Assembly: GCA_031262595.1 (NCBI GenBank)
Contig: JAISHI010000014.1
Span: forward strand, 11,276 to 75,275
Source of the DNA: Christensenellaceae bacterium
GTDB taxonomy: Bacteria; Bacillota; Clostridia; Christensenellales; UBA1242
DNA: 64,000 nt
Reading direction: 5' to 3'
Below, in pieces: positions 49,785-60,186 of the stretch. Within the stretch, counting starts at the first letter, position 1; each line of letters opens with the position of its first letter. Position numbers and translations under genes: made by a program. A model generated the notes under the pieces. It made no database searches and was not told the DNA's origin. It was given only the letters and a program-made list of their open reading frames with translations.

Positions 49785-50626
49785 CACTTTACAGGATAGT
49801 CGAAGTCGGCGTGTTCGCGCGTCATGTATTCCATATAATCCGCCTCAACATACTTCCACATTTTGTTTAACTCGGTTAGTTCTTTGCGCTTAAATTTAAG
49901 CCCTGAGATTTTTTCGAAGCTCTCGATAAGCATTTCGTTAAACTCCTTATCCATTCGCCCAGTAAGCCGCCCGAGGTCAACGAACGGGCTCGAACTCGAA
50001 ACAAACGCATAATCTAAAACGCCGCAAAGCCGTTTCTTTTTATCGATAATTAAATTACAAGGGTTTAGGTCGCCATGAACGAGAACGAGTTTCTCGCCCT
50101 CTTGTTTTTTTAGCGTGTCCAAAACCGAATAATCATAATCCTCGTTGCCGTTAATATATGAGAGTTCAGTTAAGAAAGTTGAGAGCGTTTCCGTCGTTTT
50201 AATTTTATCCGTTAGGTTTTGGATATCAAAAATATATTTCGCGATATCGCCCGCAATAACTTGCTTTTCGGCGGTCGTCAAAGTTTCGTAAACGTCATTA
50301 AGCGGCTCGCCGGAAACTAGCTCATGAAGGCTAAACGCGCGCCCGTCTTTTAAAGCCTTCTTATATATAGGCGTTTTTAGGACGAGATATTGTTTTATTT
50401 CTGTCGTAGCTTCTATTTCTTTTTCAAGCGCGCGCATAAAAAAATCGGTTCGCGGAAAACGCGCAACAAAAGTTTTTTTACCTAAACCTAAAAAACCTTT
50501 TTTATAAGCGTAATAAACGTAGTTCGTCCGCCCCGTTGCGATTTTCTCGGCTGCGTAAACGCCCTTTATGTTCTCGCGAACAATCGCGCAAAAATCATCG
50601 TTTAAATCAAAAAAGTTTTTTTCCAT
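49781..50626 (-). CDS. aminoglycoside/choline-kinase-like phosphotransferase family protein
   Basis: Catalytic loop VHGDLNPCNLIID and a downstream VLDYAF motif, typical of the APH/ChoK fold. Confidence 0.7.
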   Translation of the reverse strand: MEKNFFDLNDDFCAIVRENIKGVYAAEKIATGRTNYVYYAYKKGFLGLGKKTFVARFPRTDFFMRALEKEIEATTEIKQYLVLKTPIYKKALKDGRAFSLHELVSGEPLNDVYETLTTAEKQVIAGDIAKYIFDIQNLTDKIKTTETLSTFLTELSYINGNEDYDYSVLDTLKKQEGEKLVLVHGDLNPCNLIIDKKKRLCGVLDYAFVSSSSPFVDLGRLTGRMDKEFNEMLIESFEKISGLKFKRKELTELNKMWKYVEADYMEYMTREHADFDYPVKC

Positions 50627-50662
50627 AATCTAAATATATTCCTTTGGTTTTTGGTTTATGTT

Positions 50663-52468
50663 CTACTCAATCATCGTGACTACTATCGGCCGCCTCTTTA
50701 TCGTTTTATTAAGAAAGTTTTGAACGGCCTTACGGATTTCACTGCGGATTTCAGTTTGGTCGCAAGATTTAAAGTCGACATCCTTAACAACGTTAACAAC
50801 AATCTTTTTAAGTTCGCCATAAATATCGTTAATCTCGTCGAAATATATTAAACCCTTCGTCATGATGTCCGGCGTTCCAGAGATTTTGCCGGTTTGTTTA
50901 TCAACCGCAAACCCTACTATACAAATCCCGTCCTCCGCAAGGCTTATCCTATCGCGCAAAACCGCCGAATCCATATCGCCCGAGCCTGTTCCGTCAATAA
51001 GGCGTGAACCCGAAGGCACTTGCCCAACCTTTTTAAGCGCGGTCGCCGAGAGCTCGAAACAATCGCCTAAATCTGGAAGCGCCATCATGCGTTCGTTCAT
51101 GCCGAGCGATTTAGCGAGTTCGTAATGCTTTTTAAGATGTTTATATTCGCCATGGACAGGCATAAAGAAACGCGGTTTAATTAAAGTATGGATAAGTTTA
51201 AGTTCTTCGCGGCAAGCATGCCCCGATGCGTGAACCGCTGCGAGGCTTTCATAAACGACTTCGCACCCGCGCTTAAAAAGGTTGTTAACAATATTATTAA
51301 CGGCTTTTTCGTTGCCGGGGATTGGGCTCGCGGATAAAATTATCGCATCGCTAGGCCCTAAGTTAACCTTTTGGAAGTCGCCCGACGCCATGCGCGCGAG
51401 CGCGCTGCCCGATTCGCCTTGGCTGCCCGTTAAGACAACTAAAACCTCTTTATCGGCGTAATTATTTATATTCGCAAGGTCTATAACGTTCCCGACCGCG
51501 GTTTTCATCTCGCCGATTTTAAGCGCGATGTCGCTTATCGCGAGCATACTGCGCCCCGAGAACGCAACTTTTCGTTTATATTTTGTCGCGAGGTCAAGAA
51601 GTTGTTGAACGCGATGAACGTTCGAGGAAAAGGTCGCGACGAAGAGCCTTTTATCGGCGTATTTTTCGAAAAGTTCGTCGAGTTTCGCGCCAACGCTAGT
51701 TTCGCTAATCGTAAACCCTTCGCGCTCAACGTTCGTGCTTTCGCAAAGAAGTAGCGCAACGCCTTTTCGCCCGATTTCTGCGATTCGCGCAAGGTCGATA
51801 ACCTCGCCGCCTACCGGAGTATAGTCAATTTTAAAGTCGCCGGTATGAAAAATAACTCCTGCTGGCGTCGTTACCGAAAGCGCGAACGAACCCGGAACAG
51901 AATGGTTTACGTGGATAAATTCAACGATAAAGCAACCGATTTGAACGACGCTTCTGCCCTTAACCGCAACGCCCTTAACTTTAATGCCCGGGTGTTCGCG
52001 GAGTTTATGCTCGACGAGCGCGAGCGTCATTCGGCTTCCGTAAATTGTCGCTGGAACGGTTTTTAAAACATAAGGCAAGCCCCCGATATGGTCCTCGTGG
52101 GCGTGGGTTATAACGAACCCGCGAACTTTGTCTTTATTACGTTCTAAATAAGTAATGTCTTGGACGACTAAATCGATGCCCGGCATTTCCGCATCAGGAA
52201 ACCCAAGCCCTGCGTCGATAACGATAATATCGTTTCCGCATTCGAGCGCGGTCATATTCTTCCCAATCTCGCCAACGCCGCCCAAAAAGACGATTTTAAC
52301 TTTTCCGCCGCCGCCCATTTGCGCCTTGGTTTGGTTTTCAGGTTTATGCACCTTCGCGATTACGGGCTGCCCCGCTTGTTGTTGCGCTTGTTGCGCGTTT
52401 TGTCGCGGTGCTTGTTGACCGCGCGATAAATTGGCATTTAGGTTTGCCGAACCGTTCGTTTGTTCCAT
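50663..52468 (-). CDS. rnj: ribonuclease J with a ~55-aa Q/N-rich N-terminal extension
   Basis: 601 aa. Metallo-beta-lactamase HAHEDHIGG and beta-CASP organisation. The N-terminus is MEQTNGSANLNANLSRGQQAPRQNAQQAQQQAGQ... Confidence 0.9.
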   Translation of the reverse strand: MEQTNGSANLNANLSRGQQAPRQNAQQAQQQAGQPVIAKVHKPENQTKAQMGGGGKVKIVFLGGVGEIGKNMTALECGNDIIVIDAGLGFPDAEMPGIDLVVQDITYLERNKDKVRGFVITHAHEDHIGGLPYVLKTVPATIYGSRMTLALVEHKLREHPGIKVKGVAVKGRSVVQIGCFIVEFIHVNHSVPGSFALSVTTPAGVIFHTGDFKIDYTPVGGEVIDLARIAEIGRKGVALLLCESTNVEREGFTISETSVGAKLDELFEKYADKRLFVATFSSNVHRVQQLLDLATKYKRKVAFSGRSMLAISDIALKIGEMKTAVGNVIDLANINNYADKEVLVVLTGSQGESGSALARMASGDFQKVNLGPSDAIILSASPIPGNEKAVNNIVNNLFKRGCEVVYESLAAVHASGHACREELKLIHTLIKPRFFMPVHGEYKHLKKHYELAKSLGMNERMMALPDLGDCFELSATALKKVGQVPSGSRLIDGTGSGDMDSAVLRDRISLAEDGICIVGFAVDKQTGKISGTPDIMTKGLIYFDEINDIYGELKKIVVNVVKDVDFKSCDQTEIRSEIRKAVQNFLNKTIKRRPIVVTMIE

Positions 52469-52604
52469 AAAAAGAACTCCTTTTATCTTTTATATATGTA
52501 TTTATTAAAAGCGAAATAATATAAAAACTAACTTCTCGTATTTAATTAACTATATTATAGCCATAATAAAATAAAAACGCAAGCAGTTTTCATAAACAAA
52601 AAGG

Positions 52605-52633
52605 TTGCAATTTTCTAATCGAACCTTTATAAT
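52605..52633 (+). promoter_or_regulatory. putative fusA promoter TTGCAA-17-TATAAT
   Basis: -35 at 52605-52610 and -10 at 52628-52633. A conventional leader with an AAGGAG SD follows. Confidence 0.55.
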
Positions 52634-52670
52634 CGAAAAGTTAAAAAAATTTTAAGGAGAAAAAACAAAA

Positions 52671-54752
52671 ATGGCAAGACAAACGCCCCTAGCCGACTAC
52701 CGCAATATTGGTATTATGGCACACATCGACGCTGGTAAAACAACAACAACCGAGCGTATTCTTTTTTATAGTGGAAAGGTTCACAAAATCGGTGAGGTTC
52801 ACGACGGCAGCGCAACTATGGACTGGATGGTTCAAGAGCAAGAGCGCGGCATTACGATAACCTCAGCTTGCACGACCGCGCAATGGAAAAACCATCGCAT
52901 AAACATAATCGACACCCCTGGACACGTTGACTTCACGGTTGAAGTTGAACGTTCGCTTAAAGTTCTCGACGGCGCGGTTGCTGTGTTTTGCGCACGCGCT
53001 GGCGTTCAACCACAAAGCGAAAAGGTTTGGAGCCAAGCGAATAAATATGGCGTTCCTCGAATGGCGTTTATAAATAAGATGGACCGCGACGACGCGAACT
53101 TCCTGCGCGCAGTTCAAACTATGAAGGACCGCCTTAAAACAAACGCAATGCCTATCCAACTTCCAATCGGCGCAGAAAAAGATTTCCGCGGTATTATCGA
53201 CCTCGTTTCTATGCAAGCTGTCGTTTATTACGACGATATGGGAACAGACGAACGCGTTGAGGAAATCCCTGCTGATATGCTTGAAGAGGCTAAAAAATGG
53301 CGCGCGAATATGATTGAACAAATCGCCGAAGTTGATGACGCACTTATGGAAAAGTTCTTTGCTGGCGAAGAGTTTAGCGAGGCTGAAATTAAGGCTGCAA
53401 TCCGTAAAGGCACAATCGAAATGAAGTTTACGCCAGTAACTTGCGGTTCGGCGTTTAAAAATAAGGGCGTTCAAAAACTCCTCGACGCGGTTGTTGACTA
53501 TATGCCTTCTCCGCTCGACGTTCCGGCAATTAAAGGAACAAACGAGCAAGGCGAAACCGAAGAGCGCGCAAGCGACGACAACGCACCGTTCTCAGGGCTC
53601 GCATTTAAGATTGCAACAGACCCATTCGTTGGCGGAATTTGTTTCTTCCGCGTTTATTCTGGCGTTTTGACGGCGGGAAGTTATGTTTTAAACTCGACGA
53701 AGGATAAAAAAGAACGCGTTGGTCGAATTTTACAAATGCACGCAAACAACCGAACAGAAATAACCGAACTTCGCGCTGGCGATATCGGCGCAATCGTTGG
53801 TCTTAAAGATACGACAACCGGCGATACGCTTTGCGACGAAAATAAAGTTATTATGCTCGAATCCATGAACTTCGCGGAACCCGTTATCCAACTCGCAATC
53901 GAGCCTGCAACAAAGGCTATGCAAGAAAAAATGATTACCGCGCTTATAAAACTCGCGGGCGAGGACCCAACGTTTAAAACTTATACAGACCAAGAAACGG
54001 GTCAAACAATCATCGCTGGTATGGGCGAACTCCACCTCGAAATTATCGTTGACCGTTTGCGCCGCGAATTTAAGGTTGAGGTTAATGTTGGTAAGCCGCA
54101 AGTTGCTTATCGCGAAACAATCCGCAATACCGTTGAGGTTGAAGGCAAATACATTAAACAATCTGGCGGACACGGGCAATACGGTCATTGTAAAGTTATT
54201 ATGGAGCCGCTCGAAGCCGGGAAAGGTTATGAATTTGTTGATAAGACCGTCGGCGGAAGCATTCCAAAAGAATATATCCCTGCAATCGATAAGGGCATCC
54301 AAGAAGCGAAACGCGCGGGCATTCTCGCGGGCTATGAGTGCGTTGACTTCCGCATGACGGTTGTTGACGGTTCGTATCATGATGTCGATTCCAGTGAAAT
54401 GGCGTTTAAAGTGGCGGGTTCGCTCGCGTTTAAAGAGGGCGCGCAAAAAGCAAAGAGCGTTTTACTCGAACCTATTATGAAAATGGAAATCGAAACCCCA
54501 GAGGACTACCTCGGCGACGTTATGGGTAATATCTCGAGCCGCCGCGGACAACTTCAAGGCATGACGGCACGCGCGGGCACGCAAATTATAAATGCGCTTG
54601 TGCCCCTTAGCGAACTCTTCGGGTATGCGAGCGACATTCGTTCGTTAACGCAAGGGCGCGGAACTTTCGACATGGTTTTCGACCATTATGACGAAGTTCC
54701 TCGAAACGTTGCCGAAAAAATCATCGGCGAACGCGCAAAAAAGAACGACTAA
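52671..54752 (+). CDS. fusA: elongation factor G
   Basis: 693 aa. G1 AHIDAGKTT and RGITITSA, with full five-domain EF-G colinearity. Confidence 0.95.
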   Translation: MARQTPLADYRNIGIMAHIDAGKTTTTERILFYSGKVHKIGEVHDGSATMDWMVQEQERGITITSACTTAQWKNHRINIIDTPGHVDFTVEVERSLKVLDGAVAVFCARAGVQPQSEKVWSQANKYGVPRMAFINKMDRDDANFLRAVQTMKDRLKTNAMPIQLPIGAEKDFRGIIDLVSMQAVVYYDDMGTDERVEEIPADMLEEAKKWRANMIEQIAEVDDALMEKFFAGEEFSEAEIKAAIRKGTIEMKFTPVTCGSAFKNKGVQKLLDAVVDYMPSPLDVPAIKGTNEQGETEERASDDNAPFSGLAFKIATDPFVGGICFFRVYSGVLTAGSYVLNSTKDKKERVGRILQMHANNRTEITELRAGDIGAIVGLKDTTTGDTLCDENKVIMLESMNFAEPVIQLAIEPATKAMQEKMITALIKLAGEDPTFKTYTDQETGQTIIAGMGELHLEIIVDRLRREFKVEVNVGKPQVAYRETIRNTVEVEGKYIKQSGGHGQYGHCKVIMEPLEAGKGYEFVDKTVGGSIPKEYIPAIDKGIQEAKRAGILAGYECVDFRMTVVDGSYHDVDSSEMAFKVAGSLAFKEGAQKAKSVLLEPIMKMEIETPEDYLGDVMGNISSRRGQLQGMTARAGTQIINALVPLSELFGYASDIRSLTQGRGTFDMVFDHYDEVPRNVAEKIIGERAKKND

Positions 54753-54773
54753 AACCTTAAATTTACTTATGAA

Positions 54774-54806
54774 AATGCAATATCGTGTTCGGTATTGCAT
54801 TTTTTG
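54774..54806 (+). terminator. intrinsic terminator after fusA
   Basis: AATGCAATA-tcgtgttcgg-TATTGCATT followed by TTTTT. Confidence 0.7.
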
Positions 54807-54828
54807 TTGGGTTTTGTTAGTATCTTAT

Positions 54829-55083
54829 ATGAACGAATTAGAACAAAAACTAGCAGAATTTAAAAAAGAACTTCGAGAAAAAACAGCGCAACTTGAAGCG
54901 CTTGAACAAGAACGAGAGCGTGGAGCTCCCGCAGGAATACAATCTGAATACGCAAAAAAACTCACGAAACTACGCGGCGAAAAAAACTCGTTGTCGTTAA
55001 GGATTGAATTGATAAAATCTGAAATTGTGGCGGCGAAACAAGCCGATAAAGCTTACGAGGAAGATGCCGATATCACTAAATAA
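54829..55083 (+). CDS. hypothetical coiled-coil protein (84 aa)
   Basis: The start is taken at MNELEQKLAEFKKELREK. The sequence is heptad-rich. The longer ORF in the track overlaps fusA and the terminator. Confidence 0.45.
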   Translation: MNELEQKLAEFKKELREKTAQLEALEQERERGAPAGIQSEYAKKLTKLRGEKNSLSLRIELIKSEIVAAKQADKAYEEDADITK

Positions 55084-55125
55084 CTTTAACTTGCCTATCC
55101 CCTTTTATTAGTCTATTTTTGTCTT

Positions 55126-55359
55126 GTGAGAAGTAAGCCTTACGAAATTGATTTGCATGGCCTAACGCGCGAGGACGCGGAGTTTAACCTGCGTCTTTTT
55201 TTCGAAAATATTCCGCCAAGCGTTCGCCAAGTTTACGTTATCCATGGCATCGGCGGAGGCGTTTTAAAGAAACTTTGCGCCGAGTTTTGGCACGAGAGAA
55301 TTATAGAGCGCGCGGTTTGCGTTTCGAACCCCGGTCAAACGGTTTATTATTTAAATTAA
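55126..55359 (+). CDS. Smr-domain protein (77 aa)
   Basis: IDLHGLTREDAEFNL...VIHGIGGGVLK matches the Smr pattern. The start codon is GTG. Confidence 0.6.
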   Translation: MRSKPYEIDLHGLTREDAEFNLRLFFENIPPSVRQVYVIHGIGGGVLKKLCAEFWHERIIERAVCVSNPGQTVYYLN

Positions 55360-55364
55360 AGCCT

Positions 55365-55399
55365 TAAAAAACGCCCAGACTATAATTTGGGCGCTTTTT
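55365..55399. terminator. bidirectional intrinsic terminator
   Basis: CGCCCA-gactataatt-TGGGCG flanked by an A-run and a T-run, between the Smr gene and spoIIIAH. Confidence 0.7.
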
Positions 55400-55414
55400 A
55401 GTTTGATTATTTTC

Positions 55415-55978
55415 CTATTGAATAACGCTTATGAATACGTTATCGATGTCGAGCGAGTTGTCTGGCGTGCAAGATTTCAATATCCCGAAGATTTGCGACG
55501 CTTGGGTTCGGGTGATATTTTCTGGGGCTTTTAATAAAACGTTTATGTTCGCGCCGGTTTTCGAAACAACAGCATCGTTATAGTTTTGCGCTAAGATTAA
55601 AGTTTCGGTTGCGTTTTCGAACTCGATTGCGGATTGAAGCTCAAGAATTTGCGCTTTTGCGTTCTCTTGTTGCTCGGCGGTATAGTTTTCGTTGCCGACC
55701 ATAGATTGAAGAACGGCAATATTGCTTGCGCGCTCGTCGCTGCGGTTATTGCGGAACATAGCGAAAAGGTTCGCTTGCTCAGTCGCGCCCGCCTCAACAG
55801 GCGTTGGTTGGTTAAGCGTAAAGTTTAAATACCCCGTAACGCCAAGTAGCGCGAAGAGGCCGACGAGAAGCATAACTTTTTGCCCTCGTTTGCTAAACAT
55901 TTTCTTCCCCATGCGTTTAAAAGCCGAAGTTTTCTTCGATTTCGTTTGTGTTTCGGTGGTTGCTGCGGTTATTTCCAT
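55415..55978 (-). CDS. spoIIIAH: stage III sporulation protein AH
   Basis: Last gene of the spoIIIA cluster. Single N-terminal TM segment plus an extracellular domain. The call rests mainly on position and architecture. Confidence 0.65.
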   Translation of the reverse strand: MEITAATTETQTKSKKTSAFKRMGKKMFSKRGQKVMLLVGLFALLGVTGYLNFTLNQPTPVEAGATEQANLFAMFRNNRSDERASNIAVLQSMVGNENYTAEQQENAKAQILELQSAIEFENATETLILAQNYNDAVVSKTGANINVLLKAPENITRTQASQIFGILKSCTPDNSLDIDNVFISVIQ

Positions 55979-56037
55979 TTCTTTTTCCCCCTTGATATAT
56001 GTTTATTTTCGAGCCTTCCCGAATAGAACTAAAAATT

Positions 56038-56553
56038 TTAGAACAAAATTTCAATTTTGACCCCATCATCGACAATAAGTGTTCGAACCGCCCGCTCAAT
56101 CGAAAGGCGAACGGCTGGGCTCGCCGCGCCAGAAGCCACGACGACAACCCCCGTTATTTTAGGCTCGCCGTTCGCGATAATGACAGGCTCGCCGTCTTTT
56201 AAATATGGCGTTTTTGTCGTTGTTTTTGTCGTTGTTTCGGCTCCCGTCGTCGCGTTTTTTTGCGTTGTTTCTTTCTCTTCGATTTCGTAGGCAATCTCGG
56301 GTTCGCTCGTCCCTTCTGTCGAAACCATAACCGAAACTTCGCCGATGTTCGAAATTTCCGAAAGAAGTGCAACTAATTTCTTTTCGATTTCGCTCGAATA
56401 ATCGCTCGCGGTTATGGGTTTTTGCGGTTCGTCCGCCGTTTTATCGCCCGAGTTAACGGAAAAATAAATCGCGACAATAACGATTATCAAAACGACAGAA
56501 ATATAAATCTCGATATGCTTTATGCCCTTTAATTTTTCTAAAAACTTATTCAT
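56038..56553 (-). CDS. spoIIIAG: stage III sporulation protein AG
   Basis: N-terminal TM segment and the C-terminal block ITGVVVVASGAASPAVRLSIERAVRTLI, typical of SpoIIIAG. Confidence 0.75.
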   Translation of the reverse strand: MNKFLEKLKGIKHIEIYISVVLIIVIVAIYFSVNSGDKTADEPQKPITASDYSSEIEKKLVALLSEISNIGEVSVMVSTEGTSEPEIAYEIEEKETTQKNATTGAETTTKTTTKTPYLKDGEPVIIANGEPKITGVVVVASGAASPAVRLSIERAVRTLIVDDGVKIEILF

Positions 56554-56950
56554 AAACCTCTATTCGCTCCTTTTTTATATTTAATGCGGAAGAAATGACG
56601 GACTTGATATAATCCGCGTTAAGTTCGGTTTTAAGCCCGCTTATGTTTATATAAATCTCGTCGCCCGAGGTCAAAACGACCGCGTTTTCTATTCCTAACT
56701 CGCCTAAAATTGTCTCGACGGCGGCGGAGGTCGAGGCTTCCGGCGCGGAAACTTCTAGGCTCTGGATTTCAAACTTTAAGTCGGCGGAGGCTTGTTTTAT
56801 AAGTTTCGGCAAGGGCGAAACTATAACAAACAAGATAAAGAATCCGTAAATTCCTTTAACGAACTTCGAAATCCCGCTCTCGCCGAGCATAATTTCGAGA
56901 ACTGCCCCGACGACAATCACGCCGACAATCGACAAAAGCCAAGCACTCAT
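56546..56950 (-). CDS. spoIIIAF: stage III sporulation protein AF
   Basis: 134 aa with two N-terminal TM segments. Assigned by position in the operon. Confidence 0.7.
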   Translation of the reverse strand: MSAWLLSIVGVIVVGAVLEIMLGESGISKFVKGIYGFFILFVIVSPLPKLIKQASADLKFEIQSLEVSAPEASTSAAVETILGELGIENAVVLTSGDEIYINISGLKTELNADYIKSVISSALNIKKERIEVYE

Positions 56951-57025
56951 AGCAATATATAGGCGGCGGCGATTAAATAATTTCGCGGAATTTGCAGGGG
57001 GTTTTTAAGTTTTGCGGGCGCGCGG

Positions 57026-58120
57026 TTATATAATATTGCCTGTCGTCATAACTAGCCCGATTAAGATTAAAAGCATAACGCACGTCGCGATTAAGACGAC
57101 GATTAACATTTGAACGCTCCGCTCGACCGCCGAGATAAAGTTCGAGATTTTGTTGTCCGCGAAAGGTTCGGTTATGCTGGCAATTAATTTTAGGGAAAGC
57201 GAAAAGATTATCAACTTTAAAATCGGCGTTATGAGGGTTATGATTATGAGTAATAACAGCGCGAACCCGACGGAATTTTTTATTAAAACGCCAGCTCCTA
57301 CGATTAAGTCAAACCCTTGACTAAGATAGCCGCCGAGTATCGGGACATAACTCGACATCGCGAGTTTTGTCGCGCGAACGGAAATCCCGTCAAAATGCCC
57401 CGCCGTTATGCCTTGGATCGCGACGAACGCCAAGAAAACCGTGAATGTAATGCCGACAATCCATTTAAATAGGCTCGCGAAAAACGCGGAAAATTTCGTT
57501 AGGCGCGTCTTATCCGTTAGGTTTGAAACAATCGCAAAAACAAGGCTTATCGCGAAAATCGGCATTAAAATATGTTCGAATAACAAGAGGATTGAGTTCG
57601 AAAAAATCGCCATCGCGGGCTGATAAACCGCGACGGAGGTCGTTGCGCCAATCATCGCCATAAACGACAGCAAAATCGGAAACGCGAACTCGCAAATCGT
57701 TTTTATAAGCCCGACGCTTGCGCTTGCGCCCGAAACTAACGAGGCGAGCGCGGTTATGACGGCGGTTATGACGACGGCTAAACAGGCGAAGTTTATGATT
57801 TTATGTGTTCCTGTTTGCCGCTCGCTCGAGATTGACCCGATAAAGTTCGAAAGAATCGCAACGCCGAGAATAAGTAAAATCAGCGGCAAAAACGATAAAA
57901 CAAACCCGAACGCGAGGTTTAAAAGTCCCTCTAAAATATTCGGGAAGCTCGCCGAAATCTCGCCGGATAAAATTTTCGAAACCTTATCCGCGAATCCGCC
58001 GTCGCCGAAAAAGTTAAACGCGTCGCCGATACTCTCAAAAACATTTTCGAGCCCCGAAAAATCCACGCCATCAAGCGCGTCGCCAATCGCCTCCCCGAGC
58101 GGGTTTTCCGTTTCTTCCAT
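57026..58120 (-). CDS. spoIIIAE: stage III sporulation protein AE
   Basis: 364-aa polytopic membrane protein. Assigned by position in the operon. Confidence 0.8.
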   Translation of the reverse strand: MEETENPLGEAIGDALDGVDFSGLENVFESIGDAFNFFGDGGFADKVSKILSGEISASFPNILEGLLNLAFGFVLSFLPLILLILGVAILSNFIGSISSERQTGTHKIINFACLAVVITAVITALASLVSGASASVGLIKTICEFAFPILLSFMAMIGATTSVAVYQPAMAIFSNSILLLFEHILMPIFAISLVFAIVSNLTDKTRLTKFSAFFASLFKWIVGITFTVFLAFVAIQGITAGHFDGISVRATKLAMSSYVPILGGYLSQGFDLIVGAGVLIKNSVGFALLLLIIITLITPILKLIIFSLSLKLIASITEPFADNKISNFISAVERSVQMLIVVLIATCVMLLILIGLVMTTGNII

Positions 58121-58507
58121 CTATAAAATACTTATTATGAGGTTCACCAAATTATTTATAATCGGCATCGCAAGCACTAAAATTATGATTTTTCCGCCTA
58201 GCGAAACGTAATTCGCTAGCGAACTCGAGCCCGAATCTGCGCAAACTCCGCTCGCGATTTCCGTTAAGTATCCAACACCTACGATTTTAAGAAGCGCCTC
58301 GAAAACTTTTTGGTCGAGCCCCGTTCGCTCTGTTAGGCTCGTTATCGACGAAAAAACCGACGAGAGCCCGCGGACAGATAACAAAAAAATAACAATTCCG
58401 CCAACAATCGAAAGGATTAGCGCGAGTTCGGGCTTAGTTTGGCGCAAGGTTATCGCTGAAACCGCGGTTATAATGCCGACGCCGATAATTTTATAAACAA
58501 CTTCCAT
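58121..58507 (-). CDS. spoIIIAD: stage III sporulation protein AD
   Basis: 128-aa membrane protein beginning MEVVYKIIGVGIITAV... Confidence 0.8.
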   Translation of the reverse strand: MEVVYKIIGVGIITAVSAITLRQTKPELALILSIVGGIVIFLLSVRGLSSVFSSITSLTERTGLDQKVFEALLKIVGVGYLTEIASGVCADSGSSSLANYVSLGGKIIILVLAMPIINNLVNLIISIL

Positions 58508-58510
58508 ACG

Positions 58511-58705
58511 CTAAAATAAAAATAATGTTCGCATCGTTTGGAAAAGTTCGTTTATCATATCGAGAACCATCAAAAGGCAAATAACAACCGACGCCAAAGT
58601 TACGACTGTCGCGAGTTCGTCCTTTCCGCTGTGTTTTAGAATTGTGCAAATAACCGACGCTAAGATGCCGATGCCCGCGATTTTAAAAATTATGTTAACG
58701 TCCAT
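58511..58705 (-). CDS. spoIIIAC: stage III sporulation protein AC
   Basis: 64 aa with two TM segments, beginning MDVNIIFKIAGIGILASV... Confidence 0.8.
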   Translation of the reverse strand: MDVNIIFKIAGIGILASVICTILKHSGKDELATVVTLASVVICLLMVLDMINELFQTMRTLFLF

Positions 58706-58723
58706 TCCGCCTCCCTAAAAAAA

Positions 58724-59182
58724 CTAAACTAAAATTATAGCGACCGCTACACCAATGATTATGCAAAGCTTCGAATAACTTTGCGCCGAAGTTGCTAAAT
58801 ATTTTTCTTCCTCGCCGAGTTTCGCGGAAAAAAGTTTTTTCGCGACCTCGATTTTTTCTTGTTCGCGGATAAGGTCAGCTCTTCCTAAGTTATCGAGGAA
58901 AACTTTAAAATCGTCGTCGAAAGTTTTAAAATCTTTTAACTTTCCGCCCTGAAGCGCCGCGACAAAATTTTTTAAGTCCGTTTTAAGCGCGAAATTTTTA
59001 GCCTCAAACTTAAAAACAACCGAAATAATATCCGTTTTCATGAACGAAATTTCGCCTGAAACAAAATCCAAAAAACGCAAAATTTCGGAAAAGTATTGCG
59101 TTTTATTTTTAGTTTTAAAATAGATTTTATAAGCCAAAATTAGCGAAGTTATAAGAACCAGACCGATTATAATGCCCTTCAT
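58724..59182 (-). CDS. spoIIIAB: stage III sporulation protein AB
   Basis: 152 aa with N- and C-terminal TM segments. Assigned by position in the operon. Confidence 0.7.
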   Translation of the reverse strand: MKGIIIGLVLITSLILAYKIYFKTKNKTQYFSEILRFLDFVSGEISFMKTDIISVVFKFEAKNFALKTDLKNFVAALQGGKLKDFKTFDDDFKVFLDNLGRADLIREQEKIEVAKKLFSAKLGEEEKYLATSAQSYSKLCIIIGVAVAIILV

Positions 59183-59194
59183 TTCGCCACCACG

Positions 59195-60115
59195 CTATTT
59201 TGCCATCAAATGGGCATTAGAGTCGTACACGCCATCAACCACGCCAGCGTGGTCGCCAATGCGCAAAACGACGTATCTATCGAACACTTTTTCGAGTATT
59301 AAATCGCGAAAATTCGGCTTTTCTTTAAGCTCGGCGAGCGAGCCTGCGTGAACCGACGCCATAACCGAAACCCCGCTCCGAGCGGCCTCGCGTATCATGT
59401 CAATGTCGTTTTGCGTTGCGATTTCGTCAGTTATGATAACGTCCGGCGACATACTCCTAAGCCCGCAACGAAACCCGAAAGTTTTATTCCCGCCCGAAAT
59501 TATGTCCGCAAAATCCCCGACGGTGAGCGCGGGCTTACTGTCAATAACCGACGCAATCTCGCCGCGTTCGTCTAAGATTAAAACATTTAAACCCGCGTAA
59601 TGCTCGCTGATTTGGTTAGCGATATCGCGCAAGAAAGTCGTTTTGCCAGCTCCTGGCGGTGCGATAACAAGCGTTTTTAGCGGCCTATTTTCGCCGAAAA
59701 TATACGGAACAGCAGCTAAGCTCGCGTTTTTAATTTCGTGCGGAATACGAACGTTGAGCGCTTGGATATTTTTAAGCGTTATGACCTCGCCTTTTTCCTC
59801 AACGACCTCGCCCGTTATCCCTATTCGAATTCCGCCAGCGATTGTTATGAAACCTTGCTTTATTTGCTCATTAACGGCATAAAATGAATAATTTGTTGCA
59901 GTATGTAAGATGCCGTCGATTTGTTCCCGATTTAAAATTAACGCGTTTTCTTTTTTTTCGCAAAGCCCATCGCCCGAAAGGAAAAACTTCCGCCCCGAAA
60001 CGTTTACTAAAATGGGTTGCGCAACCCGAAACCTTATTTCGTAAACTTTATGTAGCGGCAACTTCATGAAAACCGCTTTAAGCTCTTCGGGCAAAATCCG
60101 CAATAACTCGTTCAT
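59195..60115 (-). CDS. spoIIIAA: stage III sporulation protein AA (secretion-type ATPase)
   Basis: 306 aa. Walker A APPGAGKTTFLRDIA. First gene of the cluster. Confidence 0.85.
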   Translation of the reverse strand: MNELLRILPEELKAVFMKLPLHKVYEIRFRVAQPILVNVSGRKFFLSGDGLCEKKENALILNREQIDGILHTATNYSFYAVNEQIKQGFITIAGGIRIGITGEVVEEKGEVITLKNIQALNVRIPHEIKNASLAAVPYIFGENRPLKTLVIAPPGAGKTTFLRDIANQISEHYAGLNVLILDERGEIASVIDSKPALTVGDFADIISGGNKTFGFRCGLRSMSPDVIITDEIATQNDIDMIREAARSGVSVMASVHAGSLAELKEKPNFRDLILEKVFDRYVVLRIGDHAGVVDGVYDSNAHLMAK

Positions 60116-60142
60116 TTCAATTTATATGCTAGGGGGCGCAAC

Positions 60143-60162
60143 AAAAAACGCCCAAACGGGCG
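60143..60162 (-). terminator. intrinsic terminator upstream of spoIIIAA
   Basis: On the minus strand: CGCCC-GTTT-GGGCG followed by TTTTTT. Confidence 0.65.
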
Positions 60163-60186
60163 AAATTTGTTAGATTTTGAAAGTTA

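Noticed and set aside
52671-54752. Possible TetM/TetO-type ribosomal protection protein rather than EF-G, because the gene stands alone.
   Set aside because: The length (693 aa) and the sequence through domains IV-V are EF-G-like. TetM-type proteins are about 640 aa with a divergent domain IV loop.
60116-60186. Sigma-E type promoter for spoIIIA (CATATAAAT resembles the CATACA-T -10).
   Set aside because: There is no convincing -35 (ATATT-like) at the right spacing, and the element lies only 5 nt from the ATG. I cannot distinguish it from chance in AT-rich sequence.
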